From the NCBI GenBank assembly GCA_018985225.1, contig JADGIF010000146.1:1-17471 (forward strand): a stretch of DNA of 17,471 bases, given 5' to 3'. Positions 1-9,586 of this stretch are shown here, piece after piece. This DNA is from Amoeboradix gromovi X-113. Taxonomy: Eukaryota > Fungi > Sanchytriomycota. Positions within the stretch are counted from its first letter, which is position 1; each line of letters starts with the position of its first letter. The translations under genes were made by a program, and so were the position numbers. Below the pieces are notes generated by a model, which saw nothing but the letters and a program-made list of their open reading frames with translations, ran no database searches and was not told the origin of the DNA.

Positions 1-286
1 TCCCCAAGTTGTCTACACTTGAGAAGTGTGGGGTTTGAAATCTTCATGATTTTCGAATTCTTCACATTTAACGTAGGGTATAAAAAGCTTGACATCTTTC
101 AGAGAATGCAGCTGGTTAGTAAATAGGATTTCATGTCTTGATTCGATTGTCTGCTAGTTTGTTTGTCTACTTATCGCCAAAATTCAATCATAATCATCAA
201 ATAACCGATCTTGTAGTCAAAGTGACCGTCTAAAATTTGGCAAGAAAGACCCAAATTCTACACAATTCAAATTTTAAGTAATGAAT

Positions 287-733
287 TTATTCGTAGATCT
301 TTGATTGCATTGGTTGTTCATAAGATACTACACCTTCTGGAAACCATAATTGGATCTCCTTCTTTGCGTTCTCAACAGTGTCGCTTCCATGACAGATATT
401 GCGTCCAATATCAATTGAAAAGTCTCCTCTGATGGATCCCGGTAATGAATCTGCTGGGTTTGTTGCTCCTAACATCATTCTTCCCATTTTAACTGCGTTG
501 TTTCCTTCATACACCATAGCTACGACAGGTCCACTTAGCATATAGTTGATCATTTTTGGAAAGAATGGTTTTTCCTTCAGATCTGAATAGTGCTTCTCTA
601 AATGCTCTTTACTTGGCTTCACTAACTTCAATCCCACTAATTTATATCCACGTTGTTCAAATCTTTTTATAATCTCCCCTGTTAAATTACGTACTACACC
701 ATCTGGTTTTACCATAATATAAGTCTGCTCCAT
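287..733 (-). CDS. NDK1: Nucleoside diphosphate kinase (148 aa)
   Basis: N-terminal [33 protein letters not shown] and the catalytic-His motif GRNICHGSD. Full length and intronless. Confidence 0.97.
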   Translation of the reverse strand: MEQTYIMVKPDGVVRNLTGEIIKRFEQRGYKLVGLKLVKPSKEHLEKHYSDLKEKPFFPKMINYMLSGPVVAMVYEGNNAVKMGRMMLGATNPADSLPGSIRGDFSIDIGRNICHGSDTVENAKKEIQLWFPEGVVSYEQPMQSKIYE

Positions 734-929
734 TTTGCTTCTACTAACATGTGGGACAAATAGCTATTTATGGCTACACGTGTTCCCCTTTGCATTTCTC
801 CATAATTGATTTTTGCAACTTAACAAGGCAAATTCTTGAATATCAGCCTCGAGTACTTAACAAGCTCGCTCATTTAACATAAATACAATATTTATTATCA
901 AGATTAGCAATCTTTATAGCTGTTTGCCC

Positions 930-3035
930 TTATGTCTGAGTACTTTTTCCTACTCCATTGTACAGATGCTTGTGGTTTTGCATATCCAACTCTTTGACGG
1001 AATTTTCTAAATCTTCTATTTTTTTAAACTTGCCTTCCAATTCCTCAAAATACGACTCTTTTAATCCTTCCATCATTCCGCTGAGCATCTCGTTATCCAT
1101 TCCCTCAGCGATCATATTGAATCTCATTTCGTCGTATTTAATCTTCAACTCTCCATTTTCCTTCAAACTTTCTTTTAATTCTTTTTTCAAATTTGAATTA
1201 TCGTTTGATAATTCTGTTAGCAAGCCATTGACTCGAGTAAACTCCAGAAATACTCCATCAATGTCAGCATTTAACCTCAGCTCTCTATCAGTTATCTGCT
1301 TATTTACAGTTTGCAGCTCTGACAGTTCTGTGTTTTTTGATTTTAGCTGCGAACTCAAGTCTAACTTCTCTTTTTCGATTGATATGTGGTCTTTTTGCAG
1401 TTTTAAATACTTGCTGTTCAAGGTATTAAACTCTTTGGATGCTTCAATCTTTGTACTTTCGACATTTAACTCTGACTTATCATGCAACTTTTGCATTTCT
1501 AATTTCAATGTCTTGCACTTTGATTTATACAAATTTGCAACCAGCCCTTGTCCAAAATACTTTATTCTAATGTTCGCCAACGACTTGTCCACTGAATCCA
1601 ACTGCAGAGCTTGATTTTTGTTTGCAGTTTCTAACTCATCTAACTGAGAGTTCAGTTGATTTATTATAACTTGCTGGTCTTTAAAATCACTAGACCCAGT
1701 AGATTGTATATCATTTATTTCTTTTTGATGCTTTAATTGCAATGCTTGAGACCTTTTCTCCGCCAAATCTAACTCAAGAGCCAGTTGATCTTTTAACTTC
1801 AAGTATTCCTGCTTGTAATCAGTGCTAATACGATTTCCTGCGTTATGCATACTCTGTAGTTGCAATTGCAAGTCTTCAACCTCCTTTTTCAGTTTATCGT
1901 TTTCTGCTTTTAAAGGTGAATTCGTATTGCTGGTTGAAAAGAAAGCGTCTAGCCTTGATTTGTTATTGGCCGAATCAGTTGAGCTACTGGAAGAAGACGA
2001 TAGTTTACGCATTCTAGAAATGTTCTTGCTTGGTGGGGTAGGTGCCCTGGAGGCTTGTTTAGATTTAGTTGTGTCCCACAGGTAGAATATGTAATCAGAC
2101 ATCTTAAGCAACAAAGACACAAATTCTTCTATGTCAAAGTCACCCAAACTTAGAGATTTGGCATCCTCAATTAATGAAGAGTTGGATTGTAGCAAAGCAG
2201 GTGGTATTATCGCATCAGAGGGAATGCTAGGTATTATTATAGCTATCTGTTGAAACAAGTTAGATAAACTGTTGTTATTGCGTTCCTTCAGACTTAATTC
2301 ATCATACAAATCTTCAATTTCATTTTTTAAATCTTTAATTTGCTGCTTTAATGCAGAGTTATCAGGAGTTCTGAAATTACTGAAAGAGCTATCATTGGTT
2401 TTTATAGTAGTAGGTTGACTATCATCTTCTGTAGTCAAACTACCGGCATTCTTAAATGACATCGATTCAGGTACTTTAGTAGAACCATTAGACATTCCGT
2501 TGTGTTGCAGCTCTAAAAGATCCTTCTGACGCTGGAGATCCTCGCAAGTACCACGCAAGTCAGACAGTTCTTCATTTGTATCGACAAGTCGCAAATAGTA
2601 TTCCTCGCATAAGCAATGAAGTATGCCCATAAAGTGCTGGAATAGCTGACGCTCTAGATCAAGCATATCGCGTTGCAGTTTGTTAATTTCTCTTCTATAT
2701 TTGCCACGATCTTCATCTTTAAGGTTTTTAACTTCCCTGCGCTTTCGGCCTAATTGCTTTAATAAGTCTTTCGCATCCTTGTGCTGCAGAATATAAACCT
2801 TATTAACATTCGACTGTTTGGACTTTTCACTCTGAGTGTCTAAAAAGGGAGTCATTTGGCTCTCTACATTTAAAAACCCGTTTGTGTATCTTCTAGTTTG
2901 TTGGAGAATAAATGCAATACAATCACCAAATTGATTTTGTTTGTCTTCTTCTATGGTATGGAACTCTTCCACAAAATTGCCCGATCTGAACTTGAGCATA
3001 ATAGTTTTTCGGTGTTTTGATTTTGAATTCGACAT
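930..3035 (-). CDS. Long coiled-coil protein (~701 aa), possibly with a fungal Uds1-like N-terminal segment; ends in KSTQT
   Basis: Long open frame rich in heptad L/E/K/Q. The first ATG is at 3035 (the track start at 3098 is a GTG). YILQHKDAKDLLKQL...LERQLFQHFMGILH resembles the Uds1 (up-regulated during septation) domain; that family call is tentative. Confidence 0.8.
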   Translation of the reverse strand: MSNSKSKHRKTIMLKFRSGNFVEEFHTIEEDKQNQFGDCIAFILQQTRRYTNGFLNVESQMTPFLDTQSEKSKQSNVNKVYILQHKDAKDLLKQLGRKRREVKNLKDEDRGKYRREINKLQRDMLDLERQLFQHFMGILHCLCEEYYLRLVDTNEELSDLRGTCEDLQRQKDLLELQHNGMSNGSTKVPESMSFKNAGSLTTEDDSQPTTIKTNDSSFSNFRTPDNSALKQQIKDLKNEIEDLYDELSLKERNNNSLSNLFQQIAIIIPSIPSDAIIPPALLQSNSSLIEDAKSLSLGDFDIEEFVSLLLKMSDYIFYLWDTTKSKQASRAPTPPSKNISRMRKLSSSSSSSTDSANNKSRLDAFFSTSNTNSPLKAENDKLKKEVEDLQLQLQSMHNAGNRISTDYKQEYLKLKDQLALELDLAEKRSQALQLKHQKEINDIQSTGSSDFKDQQVIINQLNSQLDELETANKNQALQLDSVDKSLANIRIKYFGQGLVANLYKSKCKTLKLEMQKLHDKSELNVESTKIEASKEFNTLNSKYLKLQKDHISIEKEKLDLSSQLKSKNTELSELQTVNKQITDRELRLNADIDGVFLEFTRVNGLLTELSNDNSNLKKELKESLKENGELKIKYDEMRFNMIAEGMDNEMLSGMMEGLKESYFEELEGKFKKIEDLENSVKELDMQNHKHLYNGVGKSTQT

Positions 3036-3200
3036 AATTTGAGTGTTTCGAAAATAATTTGATTTTAAATTTACCAAATTAAATAGACCAGAGCACACAA
3101 ATTGGCAAGTATTGGAAAATAGCGGTGGTCAGTGGTATATACATAGTCGGTGAAATTTTAATATCTGAAATCACAAAGTCTCCTGAAAACAGCAGTGAAA

Positions 3201-3632
3201 ATGACAGAAATGCGCGAAGTGCCCGCAAAACGTCCTGTACCTGTTGCCAGAGTACAAAACAAGAAAAAGGCGAGAGATCCTAGATTTGATTCATTCAGGC
3301 CATTTGATTTTCACCAATTTAGCAACAACTATGCGTTTCTCAAAGAGCAATCTTCAGCAGAGTTGTCATTACTAAGAGAAAAATTAAAAGAAGGCCCGAA
3401 CGAAGATCTAGAAATTAAACTGCAGTCACTCTTGACGAAGAGAAAGAACAGAATTGAGCTTGAAAAGGAGACTGCGTTAAAAAGAAAAGTGAAGAAAGAA
3501 GAAATTGCAAAAGTCTTGCAAGGTAAAAAGCCTTTCTATCAAAAGAATATTGAGTTGGAACGGCCAAAGGGCAAGAACAAACGGAGGAGCAAATATAGAA
3601 AAAAAGAGGAAATTCCACTTGGACTGTCCTGA
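3201..3632 (+). CDS. RRP36: rRNA biogenesis protein Rrp36 (compact, 143 aa)
   Basis: Family motifs AKRPV, RDPRFD..F...YAFL and GKKPFY. First ATG at 3201 (the track start at 3195 is a GTG). Confidence 0.88.
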   Translation: MTEMREVPAKRPVPVARVQNKKKARDPRFDSFRPFDFHQFSNNYAFLKEQSSAELSLLREKLKEGPNEDLEIKLQSLLTKRKNRIELEKETALKRKVKKEEIAKVLQGKKPFYQKNIELERPKGKNKRRSKYRKKEEIPLGLS

Positions 3633-3732
3633 TTACTATAACATCGAAAAAGTAAATCATTCAATTTAATTACTCTAGAATGCCGATTTCTTGGTGCCGA
3701 TCATCCAGGAATGTGTACTCCTTCATACTTAA

Positions 3733-4660
3733 ATGATTCCGCTAAAAGCGGTTTTTCGAACCATTGGAATCGCCGCACTTCTACTTATTCACATATTTAT
3801 GGTCTGCGCACAGCATAGTTATTCTCAAGAGTTTATACCGTTTCGATTTAATAGGACTTTTGTAATACCAAAGTTTGTAAAAAACAATTTAATTTTTATG
3901 AGCACAAAAGATCTCAATGTTTATTCTAGTGTGGAGCACAAATCCTTGAAAAGTCTTGATCAGTATCCTGACCTAGAACTGACTCGTTTTGATGACGCAT
4001 ATTGCTATAGACTGGTTGACGATCATTACCCACAGTATGGGTTTGTAAAAAATGTTACTATTGGTGTAATGAAGAGTGACTTTTGTAGATATTTGTTGGT
4101 TTATCATTTTGGTGGCGTCTATATCGATAGTGATGTAGTATTAAAAACTCATCCACGGGATTGGATATTGCCTTTAACTCATATTAAGAACAATACAAAC
4201 AATGTGATTAACTTTGTGGCTGGTATTGAGGGTATTCCTCTTGATAAGTACAAGGCTGTTGGCTTTTGTGGTCCTATTCAGATTGTTCAGGTATTTTAAA
4301 TTTATTTAGTGGACATTTGGAGCAACTAAAAATCATCCTATATTGCTGCATGCATTAGAAGAAATAAAGACTAATTTCGAAACTAGACAAGAAGACTTCA
4401 AGCTGTGGTACAGAGCGGTGCAGCTGACTGGTCCATGCATATTTACTAATGCTTTAAAATGGCATTTCAGCAAGCACAACGAGAGCTTTAACGTTTTGCT
4501 AGATGCTCCAGCTGTTGTTGGAGATACTTACGTTGGACCTGTCAATCAGTTCAATTGCGACCAGTTCAAATATTATGACATTATTTTTCCTTGCAATAAC
4601 TTGACATCCGTAATTCATCAGTACGCGGGCAGCTGGAAAGAAACCAATTTAATAGAATAG
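3733..4660 (+). CDS. GT32 (Och1/Hoc1-like) DXD glycosyltransferase, join(3733..4290,4310..4660), 302 aa
   Basis: N-terminal signal anchor and KSDFCRYLLVYHFGGVYIDSDV (DXD). Removing the 19-nt intron yields QIVQWTFGATKNHPILL, matching Och1-type QFxQWT..A.PxHPIL, followed by LTGP.IFT and HQYAGSWK. Confidence 0.9.
4291..4309 (+). other. 19-nt spliceosomal intron GTATTTTAAATTTATTTAG (phase 0)
   Basis: GT..AG ends. Excision fuses ORFs 3733..4299 and 4343..4660 in frame and restores the conserved QWT motif. Confidence 0.88.
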
Positions 4661-4670
4661 AATAGAATAG
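4651..4670 (+). repeat. (AATAG)4 microsatellite spanning the GT32 stop codon and abutting the retroelement relic
   Basis: AATAGAATAGAATAGAATAG read directly from the sequence. Confidence 0.85.
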
Positions 4671-5880
4671 ATTCACGTCAAACAAGTAAACTATATATCT
4701 ACTTCCTTAACAATTGACTACTTTTGTTATGCGAATACGTTTATTTACAAATGCCCAATTGCGCTTCTCATTTTAAGTCTTGCTTTGATAGAATATCAAA
4801 AATCTTAACAGAGAAACTCATAAGACTGGCGGATTCTTTACAATGGTCTCCACGCTTTCACCACCCTGATGCAGGATTGAACATGGATGATATCACAAGT
4901 ACATAATCCATATCGTATTGTAAACGACGGATTCTACGTATGCATATATTCAAATAGATTTCTCTTAGGCTCCCACTCTTATTACCGGTTTGATCAATGC
5001 TTCGAAATCATTCCAGTGCATTTACTCTGACGAGAGTCTTTCATTACGCCATTGCACCAAAGTGGTGCATTGTGTATAGAGATTCAAGTGCATGCCACAA
5101 CTATCTTAATGCCATTGAATGCTTATTGCACAACTTTCAAAGGCAAAATTAAAAAAAACAGCTCGATTGTTTTCTTGAATAAATTAGCAATGGAAAATTA
5201 TTTTTATTTACTGATTCAATGACTTCCCTATTTTCGTTTTACGAATACAAAAACCAGACTAAAAACTACAGAAAAATTGCCAATGTTGATTTGTTACAGC
5301 AAGTTCCAAGTTTTGAAGAAGTTTACTTAATTTGGGTGCAAGGACACAAAAGCAGCTCTGCAAATAAAATGGTCGACTATGTAGCAAAGAACATCCAGCC
5401 AAATTCAAGTCACAGGCTAGAACTATATGCAGTCAATCATTTGAGGGAGTTTGAGTTACAGCAGCCAATAAACAAATGGGACATCAAATATAAAAAGTAG
5501 ACTAACTTTCTGAAGCAACTTGGAACATTATAAATAGCTTTTTGTATCGAAATTTCACAAATAAATATTCTGTACAGCTATTCTCTTACTCTTTCATCCA
5601 ATCTTTATTTCAAATAAAATATCACTATTACTCTTCAAGGAAATTGATAAGAGTAATGATGTTAGTATAACATTACAAAATGACTCTAGAAAAGAGTACC
5701 GTCTAAGAAAATGCACCTTTTGCTTAGATGCTCAAAGAACTCATATATTTGAAAGAGATGTAGGGTCTTCTAGTTTTATTTTGAAGAGGGCATTGAAAGC
5801 AATGAAAGAAAACTGGTATAATAGAAGAAGAATGTTTATTGACACTATTATACCCTCCGTATGGAACACCTCCTTTAAAA
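4671..5880 (+). mobile_element. Decayed, 5'-truncated non-LTR retrotransposon (RT C-terminal region, RNase H, zinc knuckle); boundaries approximate
   Basis: Collinear broken motifs: HHPDAGLNMDDI (post-RT GLxxxD), IYSDES at ~5020, LFLFTDSMTSL at ~5198, VYLIWVQGHKSSSANKMVDYVAK (RNase H WVxGH..N..D..AK), CTFCLDAQRTHIF at ~5712 and ENWYNR at ~5807. Many stops and frameshifts; part of it recurs twice elsewhere in the window. Confidence 0.75.
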
Positions 5881-5971
5881 ACGAGTTAGTCTAGCTTTTA
5901 TATTTGGTGTCCCATATATGACGCTAATAAAAATCTTGCAATTATAAACTTTGCATAAACTGTAACATAAT

Positions 5972-8900
5972 TTATTTACTGTCATCGTTCATATCTTCTT
6001 CGTCATAGTCAATTTCTGGTGGAACCGGTACAAAGTCTTCTCTATTTTGATTGGACTTACTTCGGGACCTCATCTCCCAGTCATCTGTAAACAATGTCGA
6101 TGGAATTTGTTGCACATTTGATGCTCTTCTTGATTGGGATGATGGAGCATTTTGTTCACTATCACGTGATTTAGATCCAGCTCTTTCTCGAGGCACATTC
6201 GATGGTGCCCTGGATCGTGCTGCGGGGATATCTTCTATATTTGAAGCTCTTCTAGTTCGAGGTGCTTCACTAGTATAGTCATGCAGGTTTAATGGTATTC
6301 TATCTGTTTCCTGCAAATTTGAAGGCTTAGCAACTCTAGGAATGTCCTCCGCATATGAGGATTTTCTACTTCGTGGTGAACGTGGGTCGTTTGTGTCTCT
6401 AACAGCAGACTGTAAGCTTGGCCTAAACTCCTCTACATTTGACGTTCTTCTACTTCGTGGCGGTTCTTGCACTCTGTAACGTACGGGTTCATCTTCAATT
6501 TCTATTAGTATACGCGGGATCTCAACATCTTCATTACTATCCACATAAGATGATTTTCTCGATTCTCTTACTAGCATAGCTTCATATCTTACTGATTCGC
6601 TCTGTTCGGCTGGTTGCTCCAACTGACTCTGAATCCTTCGCCTCTCTTCAATTGGGAGATTAACTACTTCTGTTATATTTGCAGTCTTTTCAATCTGCTT
6701 TTGCTGTTTTTCAACTCGCTGTTTCTCTCTGGCAATCACTTTATCTTCAACCACTGCTCTCCTAAACAATATGTTAGCCGCGTAATGCATTGCTATGAAT
6801 GCTATTACCATCACGTAGCTTAGCAACCATAAAGACATCCACATCCCATTTAAACTGTCCCTTTATTAGCATTATTTACCGGAAGCGTGAACATATCTCG
6901 TATTCCATCACCTTAATTGTTTGCCCCAACAACGCACAGGTCAGCGAATTCCTCACTGTGTTGTATTCATCAACTACTAATGCCAGGATATCAGGTGGCA
7001 TTTCAGCAACTTTTTGTAGTATTTTCTGCTTTCCTGTAATTATAGTATTTGTAAAGTTAGTTACTCCTGTATCAACCAGCTCTGTGATGTTTGTCATCAA
7101 ATATTTCAATTCGGTGGTCGTATCAAATACGATTGTGGACTCGTTCACCAATACATCAATTTCCCCGTTTGTCTGCGTTATGTTGTCATTGACCATTTCC
7201 ATTTCATCGATACTTGATTGCAATCTATCGTCAAAATCAACAACACAAGCATCCTTTTCAAAATCTGTAGCTGAAGTTGGATTATAGTCAAAAGCATATC
7301 TGTTTATTCCACTTTTGACTGTTGTGCAGGTGTTTATTACATCCTGAACGGGCTGCGTATCAATATGCCTAATTGAATCAGTCGTGCTCAAATCACTAAA
7401 GTCTAAGCCGTTTACAGTGGCAGAGACTTGATCTATTTTATCAATGTCTATCAAGTCTTGTATATTGAAATCCAAAGCATCTGTGAATTCTGATAAATTA
7501 TATTTAGACATCAAGTTATCAAACTGCATCGTAATATTCAAATAGTCAGTAAAGTTGCCGATAAAGTCATCAAACTCTGGGGATTGTAGTATTTCATCGA
7601 ATTTTTTACCGTTTGAGCACATGTTTACTGTTGTTAATCCGGCATCAGCATATTTTGCAAACTTGGGATTAATGTTTAATTCCGTTAATATTGGGAAACC
7701 ATCTTGTAGCTGATCACATACCTCAGTCATTGCAAATGCAAATAAGTAGTGTAAGACACTCAAAGTCATTGAAACACCTGCTAACAAGAATAGACAGCTG
7801 CTCAAAGACATTGCTACTCTGCGCTGTTTGACTCGAATACAGGCTAAGCTAAGCACAATAGTTGCAAATATACAGGCTAGGAATGCACCTACAGACAACT
7901 GCCTCCCGCTGTTAAACTTATTAAATGGCTGATTGTACTTTGCAAATTGTGTTTCAATAACCTCGGTCTTGCTTAATAAGCTACTGTAGCCACTGGTCAG
8001 CTTTTCGTCAACTCCATCTCGACCATCCTCAACTAGTATCTCAAAGCCCGTAAACTTGGAGTTTAAAGTAATTCCTGCATTCTTTAATTTGGACGCCATA
8101 CCAGTCTGCAAGGACTCAGCTTGCTTAGCAAATTGGCCCTTGGTGTTATTTAGTAAACCAGCTATATATCCCAAAGTAGTCGGAAAGGCATCCAAAGGGC
8201 TAGCATCAATAGTGGGTAGATTTTGAAAAGGAGTAGCGTCTATTAGAACATAATCTACGTTGTTTACAGTATGGTTGTTCTGTAAGTCCTCAAGATTGGT
8301 TTTTATAGTGTTATAACTATCAACCTGATCATTAACTTGAGATTTTATAGCAATTACGCCGTTGCTAATTGTCAGGATATGGTCAGCTACATTTCCAATA
8401 TCATCATCGGCTAGTAAAAATTTAGAATTGAGTGAGTTTGTTAGGTCCAAAAGGTTATGCTGGGTGTTTGAAATCATTTCACTAGTAGTTAAGTTATGAA
8501 AAACGTTAATCTTTTCTACTGCAAAACCAGTCATATTAGCAAGCACATCCCCAAATGTGTTTTTAGCCAAAGTTGTAAAGTTCAAACCACCCACATAAAC
8601 TGAACCAATAGATTCAACAATTAAAGTCATGCTGGTTGTCAAATTGCTGCTGGAAATTGAAGCGATGATAGCAAAAGCAATAAATAATGTAAACCCAATA
8701 ATTAATAGAGTTAGCGCAGTTGTTCTATATCTGTCCCCCGAACTGCTAAGAAATCTATTGCGTTGCTTAAGTATACAAATTAAGGAGAAGCAGGGTGCCA
8801 TAATAAAGAACATACAAGCAGAGAATATCGATAGGATTATAAAAAGTCCTGCTTTAGGGTATCTAGCTCTTATTTTATCTACACTAATTGCCCCGTTTTC

Positions 8901-9122
8901 ATCGACTAGTTCGCTGTATTTTACTGGTTTATTATTGCGTGTTGAGTTGAGAAATTTACCTCCAAATGCTTCAAACCCGAACGGAACGTAAGATGTTGAT
9001 TCCACGTATAATCGAGATATTTCATTTTTGTTTAATGCTGCTACATTTGATTTAACGCCATCTTCGCCTTGAACTTCTACCGCTTTCGCTGATATTATGG
9101 CAACGAGGAATATCAAAATCAT
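5972..9122 (-). CDS. Prominin-like pentaspan membrane glycoprotein, complement(join(5972..6860,6880..9122)), 1043 aa
   Basis: Signal peptide, TM1/TM2, a large NxS/T-rich loop, TM3/TM4 ending in EVC, and a second large loop with Cys residues. Splicing gives CSRFRDSLNGMWMSLW, the prominin-type NGxW motif before TM5, then a long R/S/E-rich tail. Confidence 0.8.
6861..6879 (-). other. 19-nt spliceosomal intron GTAAATAATGCTAATAAAG (phase 2)
   Basis: GT..AG ends with a CTAAT branch motif. Excision joins ORFs 6876..9122 and 5972..6844 in frame (CG|G GAC AGT TTA AAT GGG ATG). Confidence 0.88.
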
Positions 9123-9586
9123 TCACTTAAGATTCAAATATCAAGCCACCAAATGTGTATACACTGCGATCCGTGAACCGCTGTAAACCTCGTACCGTAA
9201 ATCATCATTTTATCAATTTAGAGCACTCTAAACATTCTGCCAAAAAGTCTCCGAGTTAGGAACATTACAAAAACTGGACAAAATCTTGAGACAAATAACT
9301 CAAATAGCAGAATGTATAAGAAAGCTGTAATTGAGGTAGTAGGGAATATCAAAAAGATGCTATCAACAAAAAAGTCAAGCATTTCTAAAAAGCCTGTATG
9401 GATGCTACAGAATAAAGAGTTATTCTGCCTTAAATTTCAGCAGTTAAATTTCAATGCTGAATAGCAGTTGTAGGTTTAGTCAAATGCCAAAAAAAACTCA
9501 AAGGTTCTAGACACAGTTTCTGCTCGCCAAGGCAATCTAAAATTATGAGCATTGAGTTCTCTGGAAACCCCTTTATTGTTTTCACT

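Noticed and set aside
1-95. Possible 5' end of a minus-strand gene (MSSFLYPTLNVKNSKIMKISNPTLLKCRQLG...) leaving the window
   Set aside because: Only 31 codons are visible with no motif; cannot be supported.
958-2085. Plus-strand ORFs 958..1614 and 1822..2085
   Set aside because: Antisense shadows of the coiled-coil gene; S/F/L-rich with no motifs.
3415-3660. Minus-strand 81-aa ORF (also 11957..12145)
   Set aside because: Antisense to RRP36 and LMBR1 respectively.
4724-5500. ORFs 4724..4906 and 5219..5500 as host genes (for example RNase H1)
   Set aside because: They are fragments of one decayed retroelement frame; the catalytic motifs are split by stops and the flank is repeated elsewhere.
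6051-8991. Plus-strand ORFs 6051..6278, 6614..6823, 6799..7287 and 8629..8991
   Set aside because: Antisense to the prominin-like CDS with no independent coding signal.
9332-9343. TGAGGTAGTAGG, identical to the start of the let-7 miRNA
   Set aside because: Only a 12-nt match, no precursor hairpin, and a non-animal gene context; treated as chance.
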